Assembly: GCA_036676905.1 (NCBI GenBank)
Contig: JAKFCE010000006.1
Coordinates: 235,402 to 299,401 of the forward strand
Direction: 5' to 3'
Source of the DNA: Chitinophagaceae bacterium
GTDB lineage: Bacteria; Bacteroidota; Bacteroidia; Chitinophagales; Chitinophagaceae
Length of the DNA stretch: 64,000 nt
Shown here: piece by piece, positions 1 through 8,630 of the stretch
How positions within the stretch are numbered: position 1 is the stretch's first letter
Layout of the letters: each line of letters starts with the position of its first letter
Notes under the pieces: model-generated
What the model saw: only the letters and a program-made list of their open reading frames with translations
The model's database searches: none
Told to the model about the DNA's origin: nothing
Made by a program: the position numbers and the translations under genes

Positions 1-2
1 TT

Positions 3-116
3 GACAAGGCCTCCTACCATATTGAAAGAAATGCCAACGCGAAGCTGCTTTTGCATGCCCTCACCATCCGGATGTACCATCTTTCCCGCAATAATGCCGT
101 GATCTCGGTGCAATAG
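3..116 (+). CDS. 3' end of a CDS that starts upstream of the window (possibly DNA polymerase III delta' subunit)
   Basis: Frame 3 is open from the window edge to TAG at 114-116 (..DKASYHIERNANAKLLLHALTIRMYHLSRNNAVISVQ*). Identity is only guessed from the holB-yaaT/PSP1 synteny known in other bacteria. Confidence 0.3.
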   Translation, partial: DKASYHIERNANAKLLLHALTIRMYHLSRNNAVISVQ

Positions 117-357
117 TCTTTCAACAGGCCGATTCTAATAAAAAAATTATATTTGTGAGGTGGCGCTTGCGCCTTCTATTATATATCAAGAGGTTTGGTT
201 TAGTGTGAAAGGTTTAAAAGGCTATCTGATACTCAATATAAATGGTCATGAACAGGATACAGCGCTCCACTTATTTGCCGTATCCCAGGTGTTCTTGACA
301 TTCGACTTCTGCTAGCTTGGAAGCCAGCCCTCTTACAAACAAAAAGGAAGATCCAGT

Positions 358-1758
358 ATGGGATGCGATAGTTGTAGCACTGCCTCAGGCGGCAAGCCGG
401 GTGGTTGTAAGAGCAACGGCAGTTGCGGCACCAATAGCTGTAACAGGATGAATGCTTACGATTGGCTGGTGAACCTGCCGATCAGTGATGCCGAAACATC
501 CTGCCGTGTCATTGAAGTCAGCTTCAACCAGGGCAGCCGGAAAGAATTTTTCAGGAACAGTACCCTCCAGTTTTTTGATAAAGGAGACCTGGTAACGGTA
601 GAAGGCGTCTCAGGATTTGACGTGGGCGAGGTATTGCTCACCGGCGAGATCGTGCGGCTTCAGCTCCGGAAAAAAGGCATCGAGGAGTTCAACCCCGAAA
701 TGAAAAGGGTACTCCGGAGGGCCTCCGACCGCGACCTCGACCTCTGGAAGCAAAACAAGGCCAGGGAGCGCGACGCACTGATCCGCGCCAGGGCCATATC
801 CAGGCAATTGCGGCTCAACATGAAAATGAGCGAGGTGGAGATCCAGGCCGACGGTAAAAAAGGAACTTTCTTTTATATAGCAGAAGACCGCGTTGACTTC
901 AGGGAGCTGATCAAGATCTTCGCTTCCGAATTCAAGCTCAAGGTGGAAATGCGCCAGATCGGCGCCAGGCAGGAAAGTGGTAAAGTAGGCGGCATAGGCA
1001 GCTGCGGACGTGAGCTTTGTTGCGCCACCTGGCTCACCGAATTCAAATCGGTGAACACAGCCGCAGCCAGGTACCAGAACCTATCCATCAATCAAACCAA
1101 GCTGAGTGGACAGTGCGGCAGGCTGAAATGCTGCCTGAATTACGAGCTGGACACCTATCTCGATGCCTTGCAGGGATTCCCCGAGAACGCCGACATACTC
1201 AGGGTTGTAAGAGGTACAGCTACCCTGATCAAAAAAGACATTTTCAAAAACCTGATGTGGTATGTGCTGCCCGACAGCACCAAGCAATTCCCGCTCACCA
1301 TTGAGCGCGTGAAGAAGATCAGGTCACTCAATAGCCAGGGCGTGATCCCTGAGGAACTGGAAGCAGTTGAAGTGGTTTCTTCCAAGCCTAAGGAAGTAGA
1401 GCCGGAATTCGTGGATGTGGTGGGCCATATCACGCTGAAAAGTCTGGAGAAGGCCGATAAGAAAAGAAGGGACAGGGGAAGAGAGCAAAGGGGCCCGCAG
1501 GGGACCAAGGGCCAGGGACAGCAAAGAGGACTACCGCAAAGAAGTCCTGGACAGCAACAGCAAAGGCCACCACAGGGTCAGCAGCAAAAGCCGCAACAGC
1601 AAAGACCACCTCAAGGCCAGCAACAGAAACCCCAGCAGCAGAAACCCCAGCAACCCAGGCCGCCGCAGGGACAACAAAGACCACCGCAACAAAAACCGCC
1701 TCAGCAGCGCAGGCCACCGGGCGGTAATATCAATATTGAGAAAAAAGATCAGAGTTGA
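358..1758 (+). CDS. PSP1 domain protein (RicT/YaaT-like) with Cys-rich N-terminus and Q/P-rich repeat tail
   Basis: ATG start. Cys-rich N-terminus MGCDSCS..GCKSNGSCGTNSC. PSP1 core with GSCGRELCCATWL and QCGRLKCCLNYE motifs. About 80-aa QQ(R/K)PPQGQQQKP tail. Confidence 0.85.
   Translation: MGCDSCSTASGGKPGGCKSNGSCGTNSCNRMNAYDWLVNLPISDAETSCRVIEVSFNQGSRKEFFRNSTLQFFDKGDLVTVEGVSGFDVGEVLLTGEIVRLQLRKKGIEEFNPEMKRVLRRASDRDLDLWKQNKARERDALIRARAISRQLRLNMKMSEVEIQADGKKGTFFYIAEDRVDFRELIKIFASEFKLKVEMRQIGARQESGKVGGIGSCGRELCCATWLTEFKSVNTAAARYQNLSINQTKLSGQCGRLKCCLNYELDTYLDALQGFPENADILRVVRGTATLIKKDIFKNLMWYVLPDSTKQFPLTIERVKKIRSLNSQGVIPEELEAVEVVSSKPKEVEPEFVDVVGHITLKSLEKADKKRRDRGREQRGPQGTKGQGQQRGLPQRSPGQQQQRPPQGQQQKPQQQRPPQGQQQKPQQQKPQQPRPPQGQQRPPQQKPPQQRRPPGGNINIEKKDQS
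1491..1722 (+). repeat. In-frame degenerate tandem repeat encoding the Q/P-rich tail of the PSP1 protein
   Basis: CAGCAA/CAACAG-rich DNA encoding QQQRPPQGQQQKP twice, then shorter QQKP/QPRPP variants. Confidence 0.85.
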
Positions 1759-4667
1759 GAAGGAGAGGTTGCCACGGCAGCCTCTTCTGCTTTTAGCGCA
1801 CGATAGATGGCATCCTGTACTTTCCCACGGATACTCAGCTGGCCCAGCAGGTTGTTGTTGCGTGAAGGGTAGACCCTGTTGGAAAGAAAAATATAAACAA
1901 CGCCGTTGGCCGGGTCAACCCACACGCATGTACCTGTAAAACCTGTATGCCCAAAAGTAGAGGGCGAAGCCAGTGCCGAAGGATATGGATTCTCCCTGGA
2001 GGTATTGTCTTTTTCCGGTTTGTCAAACCCAAATCCACGCCTGCTGATATCGCTGTTATAGGCTGTAAAAAGATCGATCGTCTCTTTTTTAAGGTAGCGC
2101 TCACCATTCAGCTCGCCGCCGTTCAGTAACATCTGGTAAAGCAATGAAAGATCGTAGGCATTGGAGAACAGGCCAGCATGGCCGGAAACGCCGCCAAAAA
2201 GAGATGCGCCTTCATCGTGCACATAGCCGCGCAGCGTCTGCCGCCTGAAATGAGCTTCCTTTTCCGTAGGCACCACGCGCTCTACGCCAAAGCGGTGCCA
2301 GGGCTTGAACCCTGTGGTGGACATGCCCATCGGACCGTAAAATGTTTTATGTACGTATTGGTCAAGTGTCTGACCGGTGATGGTCTCTACGATCTTGCCG
2401 AGGAGAATAAAATCATTGTCGCTATACACATATTTTCCATGAGCAGTCAGCTTGCTTTCCAATATCCTGTGCAGCATGCTATCGTTCCAGTCTCGTCGTA
2501 AATAGAGATCGCGGGCAACGGGAATATTATATTCCGCATCCATGGTATTCCGGTACAGGTCTGCACGCGGAATGCCGGTCGCCGAATCGATCGTTTCTTT
2601 ATAGAAAGGAATAAATGGATTCAGTCCTGCCTGGTGCAAAAGGATATCCCTGATCACAAGGCCTTCTTTATCGCTCCCGCGTGTCCACGCAAGATAGTCG
2701 CCCAATGTTTTATTCAGGTCAAGCCTGCCCTGTTCGTAAAGCTTCATCACCGCAACCGTGGTCGCGGAAGTTTTGGTTACGGAAGCCACATCGAAAATGC
2801 TTTCCAGGTTTACTGGCAGTGCGTCTTTGTCGTACTCATACCTGCCAAAGGCTTTATGGTACCTTATCTCACCATTTTGTGCAGCCAGTATCACGGCGCC
2901 AGGGAAAGCCTGCCTGCCCATGGCATCGCGCATGATGCTGTCGATCACCAGCCAGGGCGCCGATGTACCTATAGGTACACGATTGTTCACCGCGATGCCC
3001 ATGCCATACTGGAAGGAGCACACAGTCACGGGCAGCTTGCCTCTGGCAGTCACATGACCCTTAAGGAAATCAGCCGCCGCTTCCTGGAACACCTGGTCAT
3101 CCTGGTGCAGGGCTACGAGACTGCGCGCCTCGCAGAAATTTTTCGCTGCGTATACATTCCCAAAAAGAAAGGTGACAGTATTTTGCTTTTGAAGGTCTTT
3201 CCAAAGCTTCAATGATGTAGCGCTGATATTGTAGTTATTGGCCGGGCGATAGCTATAATCGTGCACCCCCACGATCACGAGCTCATAGCCGCCCGCATTG
3301 ACTTTCGCCAATACCTCGGCCGCTTTATCTGCACCGTCTTTATAAGAAACGAGGTAAGCATCGGCCTTGTAGTCCTGCACCAGCCTTTGGCCGAACTTGT
3401 TCAGTGCTGTTAGGCCGAGGCCTACATAAGCCACTTTCTTTTCCAGCTTCTCAGGCATCAGGTTGGCATCGTTGCGCAGCACAGTCACCACGTTCCTGGC
3501 AATGGATCTTTTGATCGACTCTGTCTTTGCATTCAGGTCTTCCAGCAGGTTGGTAGTGTCTACAGGCTTCAGATCGGCCAGGCCCAGGTCATATTTGGCG
3601 GCCAGGATCTTCCTCACCTTCTCATCGATATCTTTTTGCTTGATCCTTTTCTTTTTCACGGCATGCTGAATAGCGGCAATGGCGGCAGGAACATCCTCGG
3701 GCAGGCAAAGCATATCATTGCCGGCGATCACGGCCTGCACGGCGGCTTCGCCTGCAGGGAAGAACTTGGTCACGCCCTTCATTTCCAGGGCGTCTGTGAA
3801 GGTGATCCCTTCATAATCCAGCTCGTCCCTCAGCAGTTCGCTTACGTTGTTCTTCGAAAGCGAAGTGGGGCGATTGGGCGTGTTGTCAATAGAGGGTATG
3901 GCAAGGTGGGCGATCATTACACTGCCCACTCCTGCTTTGAATAATGCTTTGAATGGATACAGCTCCAATGAATCCAGCTGCTCCATGCTCTTGCTGATCA
4001 CCGGCAGGTCCAGGTGCGAGTCCACTTCAGTATCTCCATGACCGGGGAAGTGCTTGGCGCAGGCCATGATGCCTGCATCCTGCATACCCTTCATATAGGC
4101 CACTCCGAACTTTGCTACTTTGTATTTGTCCTCGCCGAACGACCGGTAGCCGATCACGGGGTTATTGGGATTGTTGTTGATGTCTACTACCGGTGCGTAA
4201 TTCACGTGTACGCCTATGCGCTTCATTTGCTCGCCCACAGCCACACCCATGTCGTACACCAGCTTTTCATCGGTGAGAGCTCCCAGGGTGAGCTGGTAGG
4301 GATATTTGATCACGCTGTCCAGGCGCATGCCCAGTCCCCACTCGCCATCGATGGTCACCATCAGGGGGGTTTTGGCTATGGACTGGTAAAGGTTAGTAAG
4401 ATTTGCCTGCCGCACGGGTCCTCCCTGGAAAAAGCAGAGGCCGCCAACATTGTATTTTTTCACCTGGTTGATCACTCCATTCACATGATCCTGCCCCAGG
4501 TTGCTGTGGGCACGGATCACCATCAGCTGGGCGATCTTTTCATCTTTACTGAGCGAAGCAAACACACTATCCACCCATTTCTCCCTTGGCAGAGAACTTT
4601 TCGATTGTGAAAATGCAAGGGATAGGAAAATGAAGGCTACTGCCAGCGCCGCTAAGGTTTTCTTCAT
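1749..4667 (-). CDS. Secreted fusion of a glycoside hydrolase family 3 (NagZ-like beta-N-acetylhexosaminidase) domain and a serine beta-lactamase/PBP-like domain
   Basis: Signal peptide MKKTLAALAVAFIFLSLAFS. GH3 motif KHFPGHGDTEVDSH. C-terminal half has SVTK (SxxK), YSDN and HTGFTG (KTG-like) motifs. Confidence 0.9.
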   Translation of the reverse strand: MKKTLAALAVAFIFLSLAFSQSKSSLPREKWVDSVFASLSKDEKIAQLMVIRAHSNLGQDHVNGVINQVKKYNVGGLCFFQGGPVRQANLTNLYQSIAKTPLMVTIDGEWGLGMRLDSVIKYPYQLTLGALTDEKLVYDMGVAVGEQMKRIGVHVNYAPVVDINNNPNNPVIGYRSFGEDKYKVAKFGVAYMKGMQDAGIMACAKHFPGHGDTEVDSHLDLPVISKSMEQLDSLELYPFKALFKAGVGSVMIAHLAIPSIDNTPNRPTSLSKNNVSELLRDELDYEGITFTDALEMKGVTKFFPAGEAAVQAVIAGNDMLCLPEDVPAAIAAIQHAVKKKRIKQKDIDEKVRKILAAKYDLGLADLKPVDTTNLLEDLNAKTESIKRSIARNVVTVLRNDANLMPEKLEKKVAYVGLGLTALNKFGQRLVQDYKADAYLVSYKDGADKAAEVLAKVNAGGYELVIVGVHDYSYRPANNYNISATSLKLWKDLQKQNTVTFLFGNVYAAKNFCEARSLVALHQDDQVFQEAAADFLKGHVTARGKLPVTVCSFQYGMGIAVNNRVPIGTSAPWLVIDSIMRDAMGRQAFPGAVILAAQNGEIRYHKAFGRYEYDKDALPVNLESIFDVASVTKTSATTVAVMKLYEQGRLDLNKTLGDYLAWTRGSDKEGLVIRDILLHQAGLNPFIPFYKETIDSATGIPRADLYRNTMDAEYNIPVARDLYLRRDWNDSMLHRILESKLTAHGKYVYSDNDFILLGKIVETITGQTLDQYVHKTFYGPMGMSTTGFKPWHRFGVERVVPTEKEAHFRRQTLRGYVHDEGASLFGGVSGHAGLFSNAYDLSLLYQMLLNGGELNGERYLKKETIDLFTAYNSDISRRGFGFDKPEKDNTSRENPYPSALASPSTFGHTGFTGTCVWVDPANGVVYIFLSNRVYPSRNNNLLGQLSIRGKVQDAIYRALKAEEAAVATSPSQL

Positions 4668-4740
4668 ACAGCAATTTAATATAAATAACTGAGCCAGTGC
4701 TAGCTGTGAATGCCAATGCTGTGCAAAAACGAGATTGGCC

Positions 4741-5346
4741 TCAGAGAGATTTTATCCAAATTTTCACATTGTGGGGCGCAGTTTCCGTGCCCCCGAAGTA
4801 AGGATACAGGATATATCCTTTTGCTTTCTGCGTTTTGCTTTCGCGTGGCATGGTGCTGGTGATGTGATTGAGTGTGAAAATGTACTCAGATGAGGTTGTT
4901 TTCAACACGCAATGGATCTCGGCACCAATAGCAACGATCCCCAGCTCCTTTGAACTCACCACACCATTGTTATATACATAAGCAAAGATGCGCAGGGCAT
5001 TGTCGCTCCACCTCCATCCAAAACGGGCACTGTACTTATGGTGGTTCTCGTTGTTGTCGGAAAAACCATAGAGCTTGTTGATGTCGTACTGGTTTTGGGG
5101 ATCCACGGTGCGGTAAACCGCGCTGCTGTCAAACTTTACCTTGAACACCAGTTCGTCGGTATCTACCGGTCTGAAAGGATTTTGGTCGGCGAAATTCTGA
5201 CCTTTCTTGATCGTGTACTCAACATACTCCGTTGTGATAGGCACATAGCTGGAGAAATCGGGCTCCTCCACTGTTTCTGCATTTTTTTGACAGGAAAACA
5301 GGAGGATGGCCGCACAATAGAAGGCTATAGTTTTTTGTCGGAACAT
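4741..5346 (-). CDS. Hypothetical lipoprotein
   Basis: 201-aa ORF with lipobox-like ILLFSC near the N-terminus. No recognisable catalytic motif. Confidence 0.6.
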   Translation of the reverse strand: MFRQKTIAFYCAAILLFSCQKNAETVEEPDFSSYVPITTEYVEYTIKKGQNFADQNPFRPVDTDELVFKVKFDSSAVYRTVDPQNQYDINKLYGFSDNNENHHKYSARFGWRWSDNALRIFAYVYNNGVVSSKELGIVAIGAEIHCVLKTTSSEYIFTLNHITSTMPRESKTQKAKGYILYPYFGGTETAPHNVKIWIKSL

Positions 5347-5458
5347 TTTAGCTTTGGTATAGCAAATATACGGATCAGCTCTATATTAGGTTTTCATAGC
5401 ATATATTTTTGCCATTCCTTAACGCTGCGGGCTTAATTTTACTGCCAAGAAAGATACT

Positions 5459-7252
5459 GTGGCTGATAGAATACAACTGCTTCCTGATAACATTGCCAAC
5501 CAGATCGCCGCAGGCGAGGTGATCCAGCGCCCGGCAAGCGCCGTGAAAGAGCTGCTCGAAAACGCCGTAGATGCTGGCGCTACCGAGATCAGGTTGCTGG
5601 TGAACGATGCCGGCAAGTCCCTGATCCAGGTGTCCGACAACGGCTCCGGCATGAGCGACACCGACGCCCGCATGTGTTTTGAAAGGCATGCTACCTCCAA
5701 GATCCGCGACATCAACGACCTTTTCCATATCCGCACCATGGGTTTCCGGGGCGAAGCCCTGGCTTCCATAGCGGCGGTTTCCCAGGTGGAGCTCAAAACC
5801 CGCCGGGAAGAAGATACCACCGGTACCCTGCTGCAGGTAGAGAACAGCCGCGTGCTGGTACAGGAGCCTGTGGCCGCTGCCCGGGGAACTACCATCACCA
5901 TGAAGAACCTGTTCTTCAACGTGCCTGCCCGCCGGAATTTCCTGAAAAGCAATGCGGCGGAAATGCGCCACATCGTGGATGAATACATCCGCGTGGCCCT
6001 GGCCTTTCCCGGCGTCTTCTTTTCGCTTACCAGCAATGGCCAGCAGGTATTTCACCTGGAGACCGGCAGCCTCAAGCAAAGGATCCTGCAGTTGCTGGGC
6101 AACCAGTATGGGACCAGGCTGGTGCCGGTGAAAGAAAATACCGACTACCTGAATGTATATGGCTTCGCAGGTAAGCCTGAAACCGCGAAAAAGACACGCG
6201 GCGAGCAATATTTTTTCGTCAACAACCGCTTCATCAAAAGTCCCTACCTCAATCACGCGGTGATGTCGGCCTACCAGGATATGATCACGCCCGACAGCTA
6301 TCCGGCTTACGTGCTTTTCATTGACCTGGATCCGGAACAGGTGGACGTGAACGTGCATCCTACCAAGCAGGAGATCAAATTCGAGGATGAAAAGATCGTG
6401 TATGCTTTTATCCATGCCGCGGTAAAGCATGCGCTTGCGCAGTTCAGCATCACGCCTACCCTGGATTTCGAACTAGATCCTTCTATCCAGGGTCTCGATG
6501 CCATTCAAAAGCCATTCACTTCGGATAAGCAGGCGGCCACCCAGTCCTCTTCGATCTTCCGCACATTTACCGAGGCCCACCAGGCACATCGCATCACCAG
6601 CGATGCTATGCCCGAGCCCTTCCCTGCCACCAAAACGGAGCAATTTACCAGGGAGCCCATGTTCCAGCGTTTGCAGTTTGAAGAACAGGCCCCTCTTCTC
6701 CAGTTATTCAATACTTATATCATGGCGCCTGCGGCCGAACAATTTATTCTCGTTCACCAGCAGTCGGCCCACGAGCGCGTGATCTATGAGCGCCTGTTAC
6801 AGGCCAGTGAAGGAAAGCCCGTGGCTGCCCAGCGCAGCCTTTTCCCCACCACGCTGGATCCTTCGCCTTCCGATGCTGTGATCCTGCAGGAGCTTCTGCC
6901 CGACCTCCACCAGGTAGGATACCTGATCGAGCCTTTCGGTAATCATTCTTTTGTGATACAAGGAACACCGGCCGATGTAGAAGCCGGGAATGAAAAGCAG
7001 GTGCTGGAAAAGATCATCGAGCAGTACAAATTTTTCAGCTCAGAGCTCAAGCTGCCGCGCAGGGAGATGCTGATCCGATCGGTAGCCTCGCAGCAGTCCA
7101 TCAAAAGCGGAACGCCATTAACGCAAAGGGAAATGCAGCAGCTGCTCACCGACCTCTTCGAATGCAGGCAATCCAACAGCACGCCCACAGGCAGGCCTAC
7201 CTATCTTGAATTCAAAAAAGAACAGCTGGAGAAAATGTTTGGTCGCTTTTAG
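5459..7252 (+). CDS. mutL: DNA mismatch repair protein MutL
   Basis: GTG start. N-terminal IQLLPDNIANQIAAGEVIQRPASAVKELLENAVDAGA GHKL ATPase motifs. Typical length of 597 aa. Confidence 0.95.
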   Translation: MADRIQLLPDNIANQIAAGEVIQRPASAVKELLENAVDAGATEIRLLVNDAGKSLIQVSDNGSGMSDTDARMCFERHATSKIRDINDLFHIRTMGFRGEALASIAAVSQVELKTRREEDTTGTLLQVENSRVLVQEPVAAARGTTITMKNLFFNVPARRNFLKSNAAEMRHIVDEYIRVALAFPGVFFSLTSNGQQVFHLETGSLKQRILQLLGNQYGTRLVPVKENTDYLNVYGFAGKPETAKKTRGEQYFFVNNRFIKSPYLNHAVMSAYQDMITPDSYPAYVLFIDLDPEQVDVNVHPTKQEIKFEDEKIVYAFIHAAVKHALAQFSITPTLDFELDPSIQGLDAIQKPFTSDKQAATQSSSIFRTFTEAHQAHRITSDAMPEPFPATKTEQFTREPMFQRLQFEEQAPLLQLFNTYIMAPAAEQFILVHQQSAHERVIYERLLQASEGKPVAAQRSLFPTTLDPSPSDAVILQELLPDLHQVGYLIEPFGNHSFVIQGTPADVEAGNEKQVLEKIIEQYKFFSSELKLPRREMLIRSVASQQSIKSGTPLTQREMQQLLTDLFECRQSNSTPTGRPTYLEFKKEQLEKMFGRF

Positions 7253-8547
7253 TGATCCTTTCTTACCTGCTGGATGAATTTTTCTACTGCCCTCCTCACC
7301 TGCGTAGCGGAAGCCTGGTGATTGTTCACCAGCACAGAAAAGATCAGCAGCTTGTTTTTACTGGTATACAAAAAACCACTGAGCGCCACCACGCCGGAAA
7401 GTGTTCCGGTCTTGGCAAAGAGGTAGCCGCTGTCTGCCTTATAGTAATTCGTGAGCGTGCCCTCGTTGCCTGTGGGCAAAATTTCCTGCAGCCTGGACAT
7501 TCCAAACTCCTTCCTCATCTTATCCAGGATCATTACAAAGTCTTGCGGGGTAAAAAGATTATAGCGGCTCAACCCCGAGCCATCGGCCCAGCGCGGCCTT
7601 TGGGGCAGGTCTTTAAAGTCCGTTTTTAAGATGGTATCGATCATCCTGCCTTCCTGCATGATGCCCAGGTATTCATTGGCAGCCATCAGCAGGGTTTGCT
7701 CCGCAAAAAAATTATCGCTCCTGTGCATCAGGGGCTTTAGCAGCGAGTCGATATGCTGCGAGTAGAGCAGCCGATACTCCTGGACGCCTTCCACATAGGC
7801 CCTCGACAGCCAGGCCTTCTTCAGGGTATCCTCCAGCAGGCGGCTGTTCTCGAAAGTGCGGAAGGGAAGTTCCGCCGAGCGAAAGGTCCTGTTGTCGGCG
7901 ATCACGTCGAAAATATTATCCAGTCTTCTGCGTTCCATCCTGATCTGCGGCGTCAGTTTTTCCACTTTTTCATTCACCGCGAAGCGAAAAAAACGAACAT
8001 CGGGTCTTAGCGCATACTGTCCATTCTCCTGCACCAGCTGAAAGCGCACTGTGTTCCCATAAATGGGCAGTTCACTTCTCTCCGCCATATAGGCCTCGCT
8101 GTAATCATTCCAGGCCCAGCCGGAGCCATAGACATTGGTTTGCCAGTTCGGGTAGATATAGGTCAGCGGAAGATGGGTTTGCTTTAAAAAATCGAAGACC
8201 GGCTGGCGCTTGTAGTCGCGATGCAAAAATGTAGGATCGCCCGTAGGCGTGATGAACAGCTGCCCATCCTTTTCAAAATAGCGCAGGCCGGGTATGCTGT
8301 CGCCCAGGTATTTCAATGCCGCATACAGCGTAGGTATCTTGGTGTTGCTCGCGGGAACGAAATATTTGTCAGACTGGTACGCGTAGAGATATTTGCTTTC
8401 TTCCGGATCATAAACAGCAATGCCCACATGAGCGGAGAGCAGGGCCGAATCCATCACCACCACATCAGTGGGCGAGGTGCTGATCTTCCTGCCTACCGAG
8501 CAAGAGGTCAAACTAATAAGAAAGGCAATGACGAGTAATTTGTCCAT
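7249..8547 (-). CDS. dacB: D-alanyl-D-alanine carboxypeptidase/endopeptidase, peptidase S13 (PBP4) family
   Basis: SNTK (SxxK) and KTGTL (KTG) motifs. Start moved to ATG 8545-8547 (MDKLLVIAFLISLTSCS signal/lipobox), because the tracked start at 8601 lies inside an intergenic repeat. The stop overlaps the mutL stop (TTAG). Confidence 0.85.
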   Translation of the reverse strand: MDKLLVIAFLISLTSCSVGRKISTSPTDVVVMDSALLSAHVGIAVYDPEESKYLYAYQSDKYFVPASNTKIPTLYAALKYLGDSIPGLRYFEKDGQLFITPTGDPTFLHRDYKRQPVFDFLKQTHLPLTYIYPNWQTNVYGSGWAWNDYSEAYMAERSELPIYGNTVRFQLVQENGQYALRPDVRFFRFAVNEKVEKLTPQIRMERRRLDNIFDVIADNRTFRSAELPFRTFENSRLLEDTLKKAWLSRAYVEGVQEYRLLYSQHIDSLLKPLMHRSDNFFAEQTLLMAANEYLGIMQEGRMIDTILKTDFKDLPQRPRWADGSGLSRYNLFTPQDFVMILDKMRKEFGMSRLQEILPTGNEGTLTNYYKADSGYLFAKTGTLSGVVALSGFLYTSKNKLLIFSVLVNNHQASATQVRRAVEKFIQQVRKDH

Positions 8548-8592
8548 GTGAGAAATTGAGCGTTGAAATTTGGTTATTGAACATAAAAGCCC

Positions 8593-8630
8593 CTTCAACA
8601 TTCATCTGTTCATCCGTTCAACATTCATCA
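8593..8630 (-). repeat. GATGAATGTTGAA-family intergenic element (two copies of the core)
   Basis: TTCAACATTCATC at 8594-8606 and 8617-8629. The 19-mer CTTCAACATTCATCTGTTC is identical to 46745-46763. It contains the TGA stop of the arginase-fold gene. Confidence 0.8.

Noticed and set aside
255-285. GGATAC...GTATCC inverted repeat in the 240-bp leader of the PSP1 gene
   Set aside because: It is only a 6-bp stem with a 19-nt loop and has no T-tract or conserved motif, so it is too weak to call.
5381-6430. 349-aa ORF antisense to mutL, with similar long antisense ORFs at 25139-26077, 22838-23671, 50164-51042 and 45748-46614
   Set aside because: Each is in the codon-aligned antisense frame of a gene with clear family motifs (mutL, ALDH, dusB, rhomboid, epimerase). 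They have no independent start context, motifs or spacers, so they are shadow ORFs.
8548-8601. N-terminal extensions of tracked ORFs that start inside repeat arrays (PBP4 at 8601, TIGR02757-like at 63330, paaB TTG at 33255)
   Set aside because: The extensions translate the repeat itself, and internal ATGs give canonical signal peptides or family-typical N-termini. The starts were moved downstream.
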